Under the pieces are notes generated by a model. That model saw only the letters and a list, made by a program, of their open reading frames with translations, ran no database searches and was not told where the DNA came from. Shown one piece after another: positions 17,672-26,430 of a DNA stretch of 34,912 bases. How positions within the stretch are numbered: the first letter of the stretch is position 1; each line of letters starts with the position of its first letter. Origin of the DNA: Parcubacteria group bacterium GW2011_GWA2_47_7 (GTDB lineage: Bacteria > Patescibacteriota > Minisyncoccia > Phycocordibacterales > UBA6899); assembly GCA_000999395.1 (NCBI GenBank), contig LCOM01000015.1, positions 1 through 34,912 of the forward strand, given 5' to 3'. Position numbers and translations under genes: made by a program.

Positions 17672-18442
17672 CTATTTTGCGGTCATCGGTTTTTGTGCAC
17701 TGTGGCGCGAGAATACTCCTGTCATAAATGAGTACTCCTCGATATTCTCAAATCCTATTGCGCGAAGTAGCTCTGTCATTTCCGCTGGGGTGAGGTATCC
17801 TTTGATCGATTCGCTGAAGTACGTCACACACTGACGGCTCTCTTCCGTGCTTCTCATCAGTGTGGCAGTTAAATTAAGAAAAAGAGGAAGATACCACATG
17901 TACGGTTTTTCAATAATGATGGAACTCGGTCGTAGCATATCGCTGTGGTAGAATACCCCACCAGGTTTGAGTACGCGATAAATCTCACGAAAGACTTCCA
18001 CGACGCGCAGATGTCGCGTTGAGAATTGAAGAGTAACGGCATCAAAGCTCGCATCATCGTACGGCAATGTGTGCACATCCCCGACTGTTGCGTCGATAGT
18101 AAGGCCAGTCTTCGCGATAACGCGCTGACCCTCCTCAATCATTTCCGCACTACGATCAATCGCGAGAACGGTGGCATTCGGGTTATATTTGAGAAGGCGA
18201 CGAGCAACTTCATGTGTACCCGTGCACACATCAAGCACAATGGCCCCTTCAGGGAGTTTGATGTTCTTTACAAATCGGTCACTCCAGAGCGACATGAGTC
18301 CGAGTGAGGCAATAGCATTGCCCTTGTCGTAATATTTAGGGACGTCCGCAAAGACTTTGGGGATGAGATCTCTCCAAATTGCTCCGAATTGCTGCTCACG
18401 TACTACATCCCTATCCTCAAAGACTCCTATATTTGTATTCAT
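17672..18442 (-). CDS. class I SAM-dependent methyltransferase, UbiE/COQ5-like
   Basis: 256 aa. VLDVCTGTHEVA (motif I), YDDASFDAVTLQFSTRHL and LKPGGVFY fit the UbiE/MenG-type pattern. Confidence 0.75.
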   Translation of the reverse strand: MNTNIGVFEDRDVVREQQFGAIWRDLIPKVFADVPKYYDKGNAIASLGLMSLWSDRFVKNIKLPEGAIVLDVCTGTHEVARRLLKYNPNATVLAIDRSAEMIEEGQRVIAKTGLTIDATVGDVHTLPYDDASFDAVTLQFSTRHLRVVEVFREIYRVLKPGGVFYHSDMLRPSSIIIEKPYMWYLPLFLNLTATLMRSTEESRQCVTYFSESIKGYLTPAEMTELLRAIGFENIEEYSFMTGVFSRHSAQKPMTAK

Positions 18443-18663
18443 GCCGGCTTTTTTACATAAATAATGAGACGAAAAGAATTAGTCCGAAAACCAACCTTCT
18501 CGCCAAGTGCGTCATTGGCGCATCGCGCATAACTGTATTCAGCGTATCATATTTTTTTGAACCCCCCTATGCCAGGACAAATCCTATTAAAATGCGCGAA
18601 ATTAACACCCCTGAACAGATAGTATTCCCAACGTTTTTTAAATGTCTTAGAAACAGCTGCTTC

Positions 18664-19623
18664 TTACGAAACTTGTTTTTGAATGTTTGTCTCACTTAAT
18701 TTCTTTATTTCATTTTTTAATTCAATAATGCGAAGTTCTCGTCCCATCATAAATGTATTCATTTTCTCCAGCTCATTCACTTTGTTTTGCAATTCGTCGC
18801 TGGAATGCTTTATCGACGTTAAGTCTTTACCGACAACAAAAATACTACTGATGATTCCATCACTGCCGGTAATAGGTTGAAATGTTTCCAAGCAAGTTTC
18901 CCTATTTGACCCCTCTTTTGTATGCTGTATTTCGAGAACAGAAATAATCCCTTTTTTTGCTTGTTCGAAAGCGTCGATAAATTTTGATTTATCATTTTCA
19001 ATGATCGAGTCGGTGAGTTTAAAATCCTTCTTATCTTTCTCGTTTCCGAGAGAGTGTTCCGTCACCCCCGCCTTATTGATGTATAAAATATTTCCTTCCA
19101 AATCTAGAAGCTTTATACAATCAGGGGACATTTCAGTGAGGAGTCGATATTTTTCTTCGTTCTCTCTCAGTTGATTTTCAATTTTCTTCTGCTGAGAAAT
19201 ATCCCTGACTGTTGCCTGTAAAAAGGCATATTCTTTTATTTGCACTTTTGTCAAAAGAACCGTGGCGAAAAAATCTTCCCCAGTCAACCTTCGGTGTGTC
19301 CATTCAAAGAAATTTGAGCCATCACGCATCGCAATTTCTATGGCTTCCTTGGCTTTATCACTAGACAAGCGTCCGTCCGGCTGTTTTTCTGGTGATAATC
19401 TCCATGGCTCGGCAGAGGTGAAATCAAGCTCATTATTTGCCCCGAACATTGATAGTGCCGAGGGATTTCCAGATGTAAATTGCCATGTCGGAGGCTCGAG
19501 TGTCATCAACGCATCTTTGGAACTCAGGAATAATTGCCTAAGTCGAATCTCGCTCTCTCGCAGATCGGAATTAGTATCGGCCTGTGTAGCGTGTCCTATC
19601 TTCTCTATTTGGTTATTTCCCAT
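18664..19623 (-). CDS. tandem PAS-domain protein with a C-terminal coiled coil and no recognisable output domain
   Basis: 319 aa with two PAS-like blocks (LRQLFLSSKDALMTLEPP...; YRLLTEMSPDCIKLLDLEGNILYINKAG...), then ELQNKVNELEKMNTFMMGRELRIIELKNEIKKL. Confidence 0.7.
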   Translation of the reverse strand: MGNNQIEKIGHATQADTNSDLRESEIRLRQLFLSSKDALMTLEPPTWQFTSGNPSALSMFGANNELDFTSAEPWRLSPEKQPDGRLSSDKAKEAIEIAMRDGSNFFEWTHRRLTGEDFFATVLLTKVQIKEYAFLQATVRDISQQKKIENQLRENEEKYRLLTEMSPDCIKLLDLEGNILYINKAGVTEHSLGNEKDKKDFKLTDSIIENDKSKFIDAFEQAKKGIISVLEIQHTKEGSNRETCLETFQPITGSDGIISSIFVVGKDLTSIKHSSDELQNKVNELEKMNTFMMGRELRIIELKNEIKKLSETNIQKQVS

Positions 19624-19653
19624 ATTTGGTATTAGTAAGTAACTTTCGTTTGC

Positions 19654-19662
19654 ATTGTATCA
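19654..19662 (-). promoter_or_regulatory. extended -10 TGaTACAAT upstream of the PAS gene
   Basis: The minus strand reads TGATACAAT 30 nt upstream of the ATG at 19623. Confidence 0.4.
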
Positions 19663-19870
19663 TGGGTCGATTAAATAAAGCCTAAGGTGTACCATCTCAA
19701 AATTACACATTGACAGAAAAAAATGACTGAAAATGAAGTTCTGCAATATGCTACAAAAAATGTGGGTCTACGGAAAGCATTCTCATGGGGTAGACGGGCG
19801 ACAAATATTTTTTTGCTATTCCGTAAATGTTTTTTGATTTTAAAGGAAAAACAAATTCTACCGCCCTGCT

Positions 19871-21427
19871 CTATGCAAAAAGTCTTTTTGGACGATACTG
19901 GAGTGCTTCGAGAATGTGTGCCTCCTTGATAAATCGAGATTCGTCGATGTCGGCGATGGTGCGGGCGAGCTTGATGATGCGATGGTATGCACGTGGGGAG
20001 AGATCAAGGCGCTTGGCGCTTTCGTTTAAAAGTGTCACAACAGAGTCATCGAGCTTAATGTACTTGTCGAGTGCATGGACGCTCATCTTTGCATTTTGCG
20101 TAATATTGGTGTCGGCAAATCGTTTTGCTTGATGATGACGCGCACGAGCGATGTCAGCCTGCAGTTGCTCTATCTCTTTTGTATCTTGCTTTCGTTTTCC
20201 TGGGGCGAGTGTGTCGTGTGCCAGTCGAGGGACTTCTATCCACAGGTCAATGCGGTCGATGATGGGCCCGGAGATCTTTCGCTGATAGCGGGCAATTGCA
20301 CCCGGAACACACACGCACGGCTTCTTGGTGTCTCCCCAATATCCGCATGGGCACGGGTTCATCGCGGCAATCAATATAAATTCTGCGGGAAATCGCTCGG
20401 AGCCTTTTGCTCGCGAGACATGCACAAAGCCTTCCTCGAGTGGTTGGCGTAGGGATTCGATGACACGTTTATCAAATTCAGGGAATTCATCCAGGAATAA
20501 TACGCCACGATGGGCGAGCGTTACTTCACCGGGCTTCGGTATTGCGCCACCGCCGATGATGGAAACATATGAAGAAGTGTGATGTGGTGAGCGCATCGGA
20601 GGGGTGGTGACAATCTCTCCCGTGAGGGCACCCGCCACAGAGTGAATTGCGGTCACCTCAAGTGCATCCTTCTCCGAGAGCATGGGGAGGAGTTCCGTGA
20701 ATGCTTTTGCGAGCATCGTCTTCCCCGTGCCCGGCGGTCCCCACATCGCGATATTGTGTCCACCAGCCGCGGCGATCATAAGTCCGCGCTTCGCACTTTC
20801 TTGCCCACGGATGTCACTCCATGAACGATGTGTCACCTTGTTACCCGATTCCTCAAGAGGTGTTTTTTCTTGAGGGGTGATGCGTGTTCGCTTTTTCTCA
20901 CCTTTTATTTCCGGCGTGAGATGTTCGATGACTTCCTTGAGCGAGGAGACAGGATAGACAGTGACCCCCGAGACGAGTGCCGCTTCACGGGCATTGTCTT
21001 TGGGGACGAAAATTTCTGTCACACCAAGTTGTTTTGCCGCACTGGCAATAGCGAGTGCTCCGCGAACGGCACGCACGTCGCCATTCAGTGCCAGCTCTCC
21101 TGTGAAGAGTTTGTTTTCTGCGCTGAACTTAATGTCTTCGGTCGCAAGAAGATAGCAAAGTGCAATAGGCAGGTCAAAAGAGGGTCCCTCTTTTTTTAGT
21201 GACGCGGGGGCGAGAGCGACAGTGATCTTTTGATTACGCTGTTTTGGGGATTTGTATCCGCTATTTTTTATGGCTGCACTCACGCGGTCACGCGATTCCT
21301 CAACCGCCTTATCGGGAAGGCCGACAATCGTAAATGCATGCAGGCCCTTTGTGAGATCAGCCTCGATGGTGATGCGGTGCCCCCCGGAGAGTGTTGGTTG
21401 TATGGAATAGAGTTTCGCAAAGGCCAT
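19871..21427 (-). CDS. comM: YifB/ComM-family Mg-chelatase-like AAA+ ATPase
   Basis: 518 aa. Lon-like N-domain (VGLPDKAVEESRDRV), Walker A MWGPPGTGKTMLA, Walker B VLFLDEFPEF, CxC zinc-like MNPCPCGY, and C-terminal RAYHRIIKLARTIADI. Confidence 0.9.
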   Translation of the reverse strand: MAFAKLYSIQPTLSGGHRITIEADLTKGLHAFTIVGLPDKAVEESRDRVSAAIKNSGYKSPKQRNQKITVALAPASLKKEGPSFDLPIALCYLLATEDIKFSAENKLFTGELALNGDVRAVRGALAIASAAKQLGVTEIFVPKDNAREAALVSGVTVYPVSSLKEVIEHLTPEIKGEKKRTRITPQEKTPLEESGNKVTHRSWSDIRGQESAKRGLMIAAAGGHNIAMWGPPGTGKTMLAKAFTELLPMLSEKDALEVTAIHSVAGALTGEIVTTPPMRSPHHTSSYVSIIGGGAIPKPGEVTLAHRGVLFLDEFPEFDKRVIESLRQPLEEGFVHVSRAKGSERFPAEFILIAAMNPCPCGYWGDTKKPCVCVPGAIARYQRKISGPIIDRIDLWIEVPRLAHDTLAPGKRKQDTKEIEQLQADIARARHHQAKRFADTNITQNAKMSVHALDKYIKLDDSVVTLLNESAKRLDLSPRAYHRIIKLARTIADIDESRFIKEAHILEALQYRPKRLFA

Positions 21428-21438
21428 AGTGAATTACG

Positions 21439-21677
21439 TTATTCCATGTGCACCTTACATGTTGTCGCCGCAGGGTTTACTTCGAGCCTCTGGGCTTCAA
21501 TATCGTTATTGCCGCGCGCTCTTCCTCTTCAGCAGTATCGACGTTGAGGTCCGCAGCCACAGGTTCCCAGTCAGCCGTATTGTCTGGATTTATGCGCCCA
21601 ACTTTTTGTAGTTGTCGCAAAAGGAGTGCTCTCTCAATTTCTAGCTTTTGTTTCAGGTGTGTTGTTTGTATTTCCAT
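21439..21677 (-). pseudogene. DksA/TraR-family-like gene remnant (coiled-coil N-part in one frame, degenerate zinc-finger tail in another)
   Basis: Frame 1 runs from the ATG at 21677: MEIQTTHLKQKLEIERALLLRQLQKVGRINPDNTADWEPVAADLNVDTAEEEERAAITILKPRGSK*. A second frame reads RGRARGNNDIEAQRLEVNPAATTCKVHME*, which resembles C..CG..I...RLea.P.a..C..H with the first Cys pair replaced by Arg. The ~40 residues normally between these parts are missing. Confidence 0.45.
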
Positions 21678-21722
21678 ATGAATTATCATACGCGAAATAA
21701 GCATCAAGGCAACCAAAAATAT

Positions 21723-22664
21723 TTATTTTGTGATTTCCGTTTGTAGAGTACTCACGAGCCCACTGAATGCTTCCTCATTTCCGGCTACGACCAGAGTTTC
21801 CTTGTTGACAACCTTATAGACGATGAGGGTGGTACCGTTTACGTCACGGAGAATGCGAGTATCAGTATTACCAATGCGCTCATCGATGAATTCTCTACCA
21901 ATAAGATTCGCAAGCATGGTTCGTCGATACTCCGGATGGAGCATTGGAATGATGTCGCGGGGCATTGTTTTTTCCCAGTTGAGCATGCTGGCAAAGGTAT
22001 CGGGATATGAGCGCGACCTGATGAGTAGATATCCGGTCAGAGAATTTTGACCCGAATAGACACCGAAGAGTAGTGATTCACTAAGTGAATGAAGGAGTGT
22101 GTTTGGTACGGAGGAAAGCGCAATGGCAGCGAAAACTTCCTGCGTTGTAGCATCTCGAGTCAAGCCTTCGACATCCTTGGTGGTGAATGTTAGTTCACGC
22201 GTTTTACCTACCACTAAAGATGTTTTATTTATTGCGATAGAAATATCTGCCATCACCTGCTCGCGCGGAGAATTAGTAATCAAAATCTCTTCTGAGGCCT
22301 GACGGTCAGGTTTTTCGATTATTGCCCCTACTGCTTCGGTGTTTGTATCTTTTGATTTTGTGCCGATAAGCACATACAGACCAACCCCAATACAAAAGGC
22401 GAGTACAACAAGAAGAATAATAATGATCTTTCCTAAGTGTGATTCCCCGTGCTCGTGAGTGCGCACCTCACCGCGCTTCTCTCGACGCTCTTCTTCCGCC
22501 ATGACGATTTTGGTTTGGGTGAGTTGCTGATTTTTTACTAGTTCATCAACATCATTGCGGAAGGTGCGAAGTGGAGGTACTTTTTCTGAACCGCGACTCC
22601 GTACTGGTTTTTGGGCTGTTTTTTTTTCTTCAAAGATAGGTTTATCGTATTTGATTTCCTTCAT
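21723..22664 (-). CDS. single-pass membrane protein of unknown function
   Basis: 313 aa. A charged N-terminal region, one TM (IIIILLVVLAFCIGVGLYVLI), then a ~200-aa extracytoplasmic domain. TATACT lies 9 nt upstream of the ATG. Confidence 0.6.
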   Translation of the reverse strand: MKEIKYDKPIFEEKKTAQKPVRSRGSEKVPPLRTFRNDVDELVKNQQLTQTKIVMAEEERREKRGEVRTHEHGESHLGKIIIILLVVLAFCIGVGLYVLIGTKSKDTNTEAVGAIIEKPDRQASEEILITNSPREQVMADISIAINKTSLVVGKTRELTFTTKDVEGLTRDATTQEVFAAIALSSVPNTLLHSLSESLLFGVYSGQNSLTGYLLIRSRSYPDTFASMLNWEKTMPRDIIPMLHPEYRRTMLANLIGREFIDERIGNTDTRILRDVNGTTLIVYKVVNKETLVVAGNEEAFSGLVSTLQTEITK

Positions 22665-22843
22665 ACTCTCTATAGTATACCGCCCTTACCTTGTGTGGGG
22701 AAACTATTTTATAAACTTACTTTTTTTGAATTCATCATCTCCGATGCGTGACAATAAAATTTCTACTATTTAGTGCATGTTTTTCGTGATGGTTATGGAT
22801 TCAATAATGACCACAATCGCCATACCGAAGAAGATGATTTAAT

Positions 22844-22871
22844 AAAAAACACCGCACATGCGGTGTTTTTT
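22844..22871 (-). terminator. bidirectional rho-independent terminator downstream of pnp
   Basis: AAAAA-ACACCGC-acat-GCGGTGT-TTTTT is symmetric, with A/T runs on both sides. Confidence 0.8.
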
Positions 22872-22894
22872 ATTTCAGTCTCAATGCACCTTAC

Positions 22895-24517
22895 CTACAC
22901 TCCGGGTTTTGGAGTGGGGACGAAGCGCTTTGGTGCGGTGCCGTTGTCGCCGTCGCGGTGTTCATTGATGACTTTTGCGTCATGCTCATTTGGTTTAATG
23001 AAATTCACATCGGCGCGTTTGATGGAGAGATTTATGCGTCCCTTATCGTCGACTTCTTTCACGACAACGGGAACCTCCATCCCCTCTTTCATGTAATCGC
23101 TGACACGGTCGATACGGAAGGACGCCATCTCGGAAACGTGAACAAGACCTTCTGCGCTAAATCCGATTTTCACAAAAGCGCCGAAGTCCATGAGGCGCGT
23201 CACCACACCCTTGAATATTTCTCCTGCGACATATTCATGTGTCATCTCGGCGATGATATCGCGTGCTTTTTCTGCGGAACCATTCTTGCCGGTGCAGAAG
23301 ACGGTACCATCATCTTCGATATCAATTTCAGCCCCTGTCTGCTCGCGGATTTCATTGACCGTCTTCCCTCCTGAGCCGATGACCATGCCAATCTGGTCGG
23401 GCTTAATCTTGATGACGACAATCTTCGGTGCGTACGCTGAAATATCTGTGCGCGGTGCCGCAATCGCAAGCTTCATTGTTTCAAGAATAGTGAGTCGTGC
23501 CGCCTTTGCTTTTGCAAATGCTTCTTTCAAAATAGGAAGAGGTATTCCGCCGACCTTCACGTCCATTTGAATCGCGGTCACACCATTCTTTGTTCCTGCC
23601 ACCTTGAAGTCCATGTCGCCATGATGATCCTCTGGTCCTTGAATATCCGTAAGCACTTTGTATTTTGATTCCGTTTCCATCATGAGTCCCGATGCGATAC
23701 CTGCGACAGGCTCCGTGATGGGGACACCGGCATCCATGAGCGCGAGTGTCGAGCCGCAGACTGATGCCATTGAGGTTGAGCCGTTCGAGGCCATTGATTC
23801 GGATACAATACGAATCGTATAAGGAAAAATATCTTTTTCGGGAAGAACGGGTATGAGCGCTTTTTCCGCGAGTGCACCGTGGCCGATTGCGCGGCGATTC
23901 ATTCCACCCATGCGTCCAGTCTCTCCGGAAGAGAATGGGGGAAAGTTGTAATGATGCATGTAGCGCTTCTTTCCTTGTACCTCCATACCCTCGAGTATCT
24001 GTGAGTCTTGAGGGCCACCCAAGGTGAGCGCCGAGAGCACGTGTGTTCCTCCACGATAGAAGATTCCTGTACCGTGAAGCACAGGTGAGACACCTCCCGC
24101 CTGTGCGAAGAGGGGTCGTACATCATCAAACCCACGACCATCAGGGCGCTTGCTGTCGTTGATGGCCTTGTCGTGCAGAAGGTCATTCACCATGTCATCA
24201 AAATATGCCTCTGCGAGCTTGTCGCTCATACCCTCTACTTCTTTGACGTAGCCAAGCCACTCTTCCATGAGTGCATATTCACTGGCGCGCCCTGCCGCAC
24301 CCCAGATGGTGCTCTCAAATTTTGCACTAATTTTTTCTTTGAAGAGTGCTTTGATATCCTCACCAACATCCTCAAGTACGATAACACGCTTTGCTTTTCC
24401 GCGTTTCGCTACGATCTCCTTCTGAAATGTTTGTAGTTTCTCGATCTCCTTGCTTGCATAAGCGAGTCCTTCCATGATGACATCCTCAGCAATTTCTTTT
24501 CCGCCCATTTCAATCAT
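22895..24517 (-). CDS. pnp: polynucleotide phosphorylase, C-terminal 540-aa part (end of first RNase PH domain, alpha domain, second RNase PH, KH, S1)
   Basis: MIEMGGKEI...; RPDGRGFDDVRP; HYNFPPFSSGETG; SESMASNGSTSMASVCGSTLALMDAGVPI; DIQGPEDHHGDMDFKVAGT; KH domain IGMVIGSGGKTVNEI; S1 domain GVVTRLMDFGAFVKI...GLVHVSE. Confidence 0.85.
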   Translation of the reverse strand: MIEMGGKEIAEDVIMEGLAYASKEIEKLQTFQKEIVAKRGKAKRVIVLEDVGEDIKALFKEKISAKFESTIWGAAGRASEYALMEEWLGYVKEVEGMSDKLAEAYFDDMVNDLLHDKAINDSKRPDGRGFDDVRPLFAQAGGVSPVLHGTGIFYRGGTHVLSALTLGGPQDSQILEGMEVQGKKRYMHHYNFPPFSSGETGRMGGMNRRAIGHGALAEKALIPVLPEKDIFPYTIRIVSESMASNGSTSMASVCGSTLALMDAGVPITEPVAGIASGLMMETESKYKVLTDIQGPEDHHGDMDFKVAGTKNGVTAIQMDVKVGGIPLPILKEAFAKAKAARLTILETMKLAIAAPRTDISAYAPKIVVIKIKPDQIGMVIGSGGKTVNEIREQTGAEIDIEDDGTVFCTGKNGSAEKARDIIAEMTHEYVAGEIFKGVVTRLMDFGAFVKIGFSAEGLVHVSEMASFRIDRVSDYMKEGMEVPVVVKEVDDKGRINLSIKRADVNFIKPNEHDAKVINEHRDGDNGTAPKRFVPTPKPGV

Positions 24518-24936
24518 GAGACCGCAAGCGCGAGTGATGCACCGTTTACTGCGAGAATATCGGGCTCATCTTTATCGATTGCGAGTACGGTGATGACGAC
24601 CTGCACATCGTAGCGGATACGTCCGTCAAAAAGCGGTCGGATGGTGCGGTCGATAATGCGACCCGAGAGTACCGCTGCATCTGATGGTCGGCCTTCACGG
24701 CGCATGAAGCGACTGCCGAGGATCTGCCCTGCGGCATAGAAACGCTCCTCGTAATCAACCGTGAGTGGAAAAAAGTCTCCCCCTTCTCGCTTCTTGTTTG
24801 ACATCACTGTCGTCGCGAGGATGACGGTGTTTCCGTAACGGAGCATCACCGAGCCATGTGCTTGGTCTGCGAGGTCGTTAAATTCTGCGGTGAGCATCTT
24901 CCCTCCGATCTCAATCTCATATGTTTCTTTTTTCAT
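24514..24936 (-). CDS. pnp: polynucleotide phosphorylase, N-terminal 140-aa fragment (separate ORF)
   Basis: GDFFPLTVDYEERFYAAGQILGSRFMRREGRPSDAAVLSGRIIDRTIRPLF...DILAVNGASLALAVS* matches the PNPase N-terminus. The stop TGA overlaps the ATG of the next ORF (ATGA at 24514..24517). Confidence 0.8.
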   Translation of the reverse strand: MKKETYEIEIGGKMLTAEFNDLADQAHGSVMLRYGNTVILATTVMSNKKREGGDFFPLTVDYEERFYAAGQILGSRFMRREGRPSDAAVLSGRIIDRTIRPLFDGRIRYDVQVVITVLAIDKDEPDILAVNGASLALAVS

Positions 24937-25060
24937 AGAATTTACGGCTTGACATTTTGGCGAATTTCATCGTTGACTGCGACGAGTGGTGCAGAGAACT
25001 TATGAAGAGTAAGTCCGCTTGAGCACACTCGTCTTGTCGCCTTGAATTTCACACAAAATC
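24937..25060 (-). promoter_or_regulatory. structured 5' leader of pnp (copy A of a paralogous leader)
   Basis: About 60-65% identical by eye to 25831..25957. It contains the stem GACGAGTG...CACTCGTC enclosing ACTTA-ctcttca-TAAGT. Confidence 0.5.
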
Positions 25061-25180
25061 TCTAGCCTTTTTGCATTGAGTGGTATCCAGATTCTCGTAT
25101 TGAACTCCATGAGTGAGAGGGTTCAACAAGATGATCCAGACGCCACAACTGATAATAGAGATACTCTATCAAAATCTGAG

Positions 25181-25208
25181 AAAAACAAAAGCCCCGATTA
25201 CTCGGGGT
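25181..25208 (-). terminator. rho-independent terminator of the NYN gene
   Basis: The minus strand reads CCCCGA-gtaa-TCGGGG-CTTTTGTTTTT. Confidence 0.65.
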
Positions 25209-25227
25209 CAGTGTCTCTTAGATTTTT

Positions 25228-25830
25228 CTATAATGAGACCGCGCGCCTCGGGCGTGGACTGCTTCCGCCATCCTTGCTGTTGCGATTATTGCTGTGTGAT
25301 GGGCCACGACGTTTATCCTTGAATCCCATAAGGTAGGCTCCCGGATCATCGGAGAGATCAAAGAAATCGTCAGCAGCTTCACGGAGGCTTGATGAGGCGG
25401 ACTTGCCGAAGGCAATAACCTCGACCTGAATACCCATATTGATTTGCAGGTATTTGACGAGTGGCACAAAGTCTCCATCACCTGAAGCGATAATAATGGA
25501 GTCGAGTTTTGGAGCAAGGGTGATAGCGTCGACCGCGAGTCCGACATCCCAGTCCCCCTTTTTTGCACCACCCCAGAATTCCTGAAGTTCCTTTGAGCGA
25601 GTTTCGATACCAATCTTTGCGAGTGCGTCGAAGAAACCTTGCTCGACTCCCTCCTTAGTGGAAATGACATAGGCCATGGCACGAATAAGTTTTCGCCCTG
25701 CGACGGCATCGGTCAAGATGTTGCTAAAATTGACGCGTGCATCATCATAAAGATTCTTTGCGCTGTGATAAAGATTTTGCGTGTCGATAAAAACGCCAAC
25801 GCGCTGATCTATGTGTTTTGTTACTGACAT
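25228..25830 (-). CDS. NYN/LabA-like (PIN-related) domain protein with a basic Ser/Arg-rich tail
   Basis: RVGVFIDTQNLYHSA...; GDWDVGLAVDAI...; IIIASGDGDFVPLVKYL...; VEVIAF matches the NYN/LabA pattern. Confidence 0.75.
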   Translation of the reverse strand: MSVTKHIDQRVGVFIDTQNLYHSAKNLYDDARVNFSNILTDAVAGRKLIRAMAYVISTKEGVEQGFFDALAKIGIETRSKELQEFWGGAKKGDWDVGLAVDAITLAPKLDSIIIASGDGDFVPLVKYLQINMGIQVEVIAFGKSASSSLREAADDFFDLSDDPGAYLMGFKDKRRGPSHSNNRNSKDGGSSPRPRRAVSL

Positions 25831-25957
25831 AAGTGTGACGATATGCAGATTTTGACGAATTTCTTTGTTGCCGTTGCGCTCTCAGCCGGAGAACTTACGA
25901 AAAGTAAATTCTTTCGGAGATGCTCGATTCGGCGCCTCGAACTTCGTTCAAAATTTG
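25831..25957 (-). promoter_or_regulatory. structured 5' leader of the NYN gene (copy B of the paralogous leader)
   Basis: Blocks shared with 24937..25060, in RNA sense: ATTTTG; GAA(A/G)TTC(A/G)AGGCG; TTACT(C/T)TTC(A/G)TAAGTTCTC; GAAATTCG(C/T)CAAAAT. Central hairpin is GAATTTAC-ttttc-GTAAGTTC. Confidence 0.5.
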
Positions 25958-26012
25958 CAAATCGTTAATTATTTAAAATAAAATAAACCTTTTATAAAAA
26001 TGCGAACAGTAT

Positions 26013-26047
26013 AAAAAATGACTGGAAACAAACAAGCACTGTCATGC
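26013..26047 (-). terminator. rho-independent terminator of rpsO
   Basis: The minus strand reads GCACCGTC-tcgcat-GACAGTGC (one mismatch) followed by TTGTTTGTTTCC. Confidence 0.55.
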
Positions 26048-26057
26048 GAGACGGTGC

Positions 26058-26321
26058 TTATTTGATCCCGAGTTTCTTGACGAGTGAATTATATTTCGCC
26101 TCGCTCTTCTTCTTTAAATATTTGAGGTGGGCACGGCGATCAGAAACCATCTTGAGTAAGCCGCGACGCGAATGATGGTCTTTCTTGTTGTCCTTCAAGT
26201 GCGCTGCAAGCTCGTTGATCTTCTGGCTCAAAATCGCGACCTGAACTTCCGGAGAACCGGTGTCCGTATCGTGACGCTGAGTCTTCACCATGACGACCTG
26301 CTTTTTCTTTGCTGTTAGCAT
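26058..26321 (-). CDS. rpsO: 30S ribosomal protein S15
   Basis: [51 protein letters not shown] is the canonical S15 core. I chose the ATG at 26321 (MLTAKKK, 87 aa) from typical S15 length and the promoter geometry. Confidence 0.9.
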   Translation of the reverse strand: MLTAKKKQVVMVKTQRHDTDTGSPEVQVAILSQKINELAAHLKDNKKDHHSRRGLLKMVSDRRAHLKYLKKKSEAKYNSLVKKLGIK

Positions 26322-26328
26322 GACGGAC

Positions 26329-26337
26329 ATCGTAGCA
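26329..26337 (-). promoter_or_regulatory. extended -10 TGcTACGAT, 7 nt upstream of the rpsO ATG (leaderless-type)
   Basis: The minus strand reads TGCTACGAT-gtccgtc-ATG. Confidence 0.45.
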
Positions 26338-26430
26338 CAAAAGGAAAAAATCCGCAAGCCCCTTTATCTATGGGGTAAATAAGCTGTCTGCGGCAATGTG
26401 AGCGGGCTTTCGCTTTGAATGAACGAGCTA

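Noticed and set aside
22895-24936. Alternative genetic code (UGA as a sense codon, as in some CPR lineages) to heal the pnp split.
   Set aside because: Reading through the TGA at 24514..24516 gives non-PNPase sequence (VSGLKWAEKKLL...). The PNPase continuation is in another frame. TGA also terminates other well-supported ORFs here (for example 370..843 and 9471..10097).
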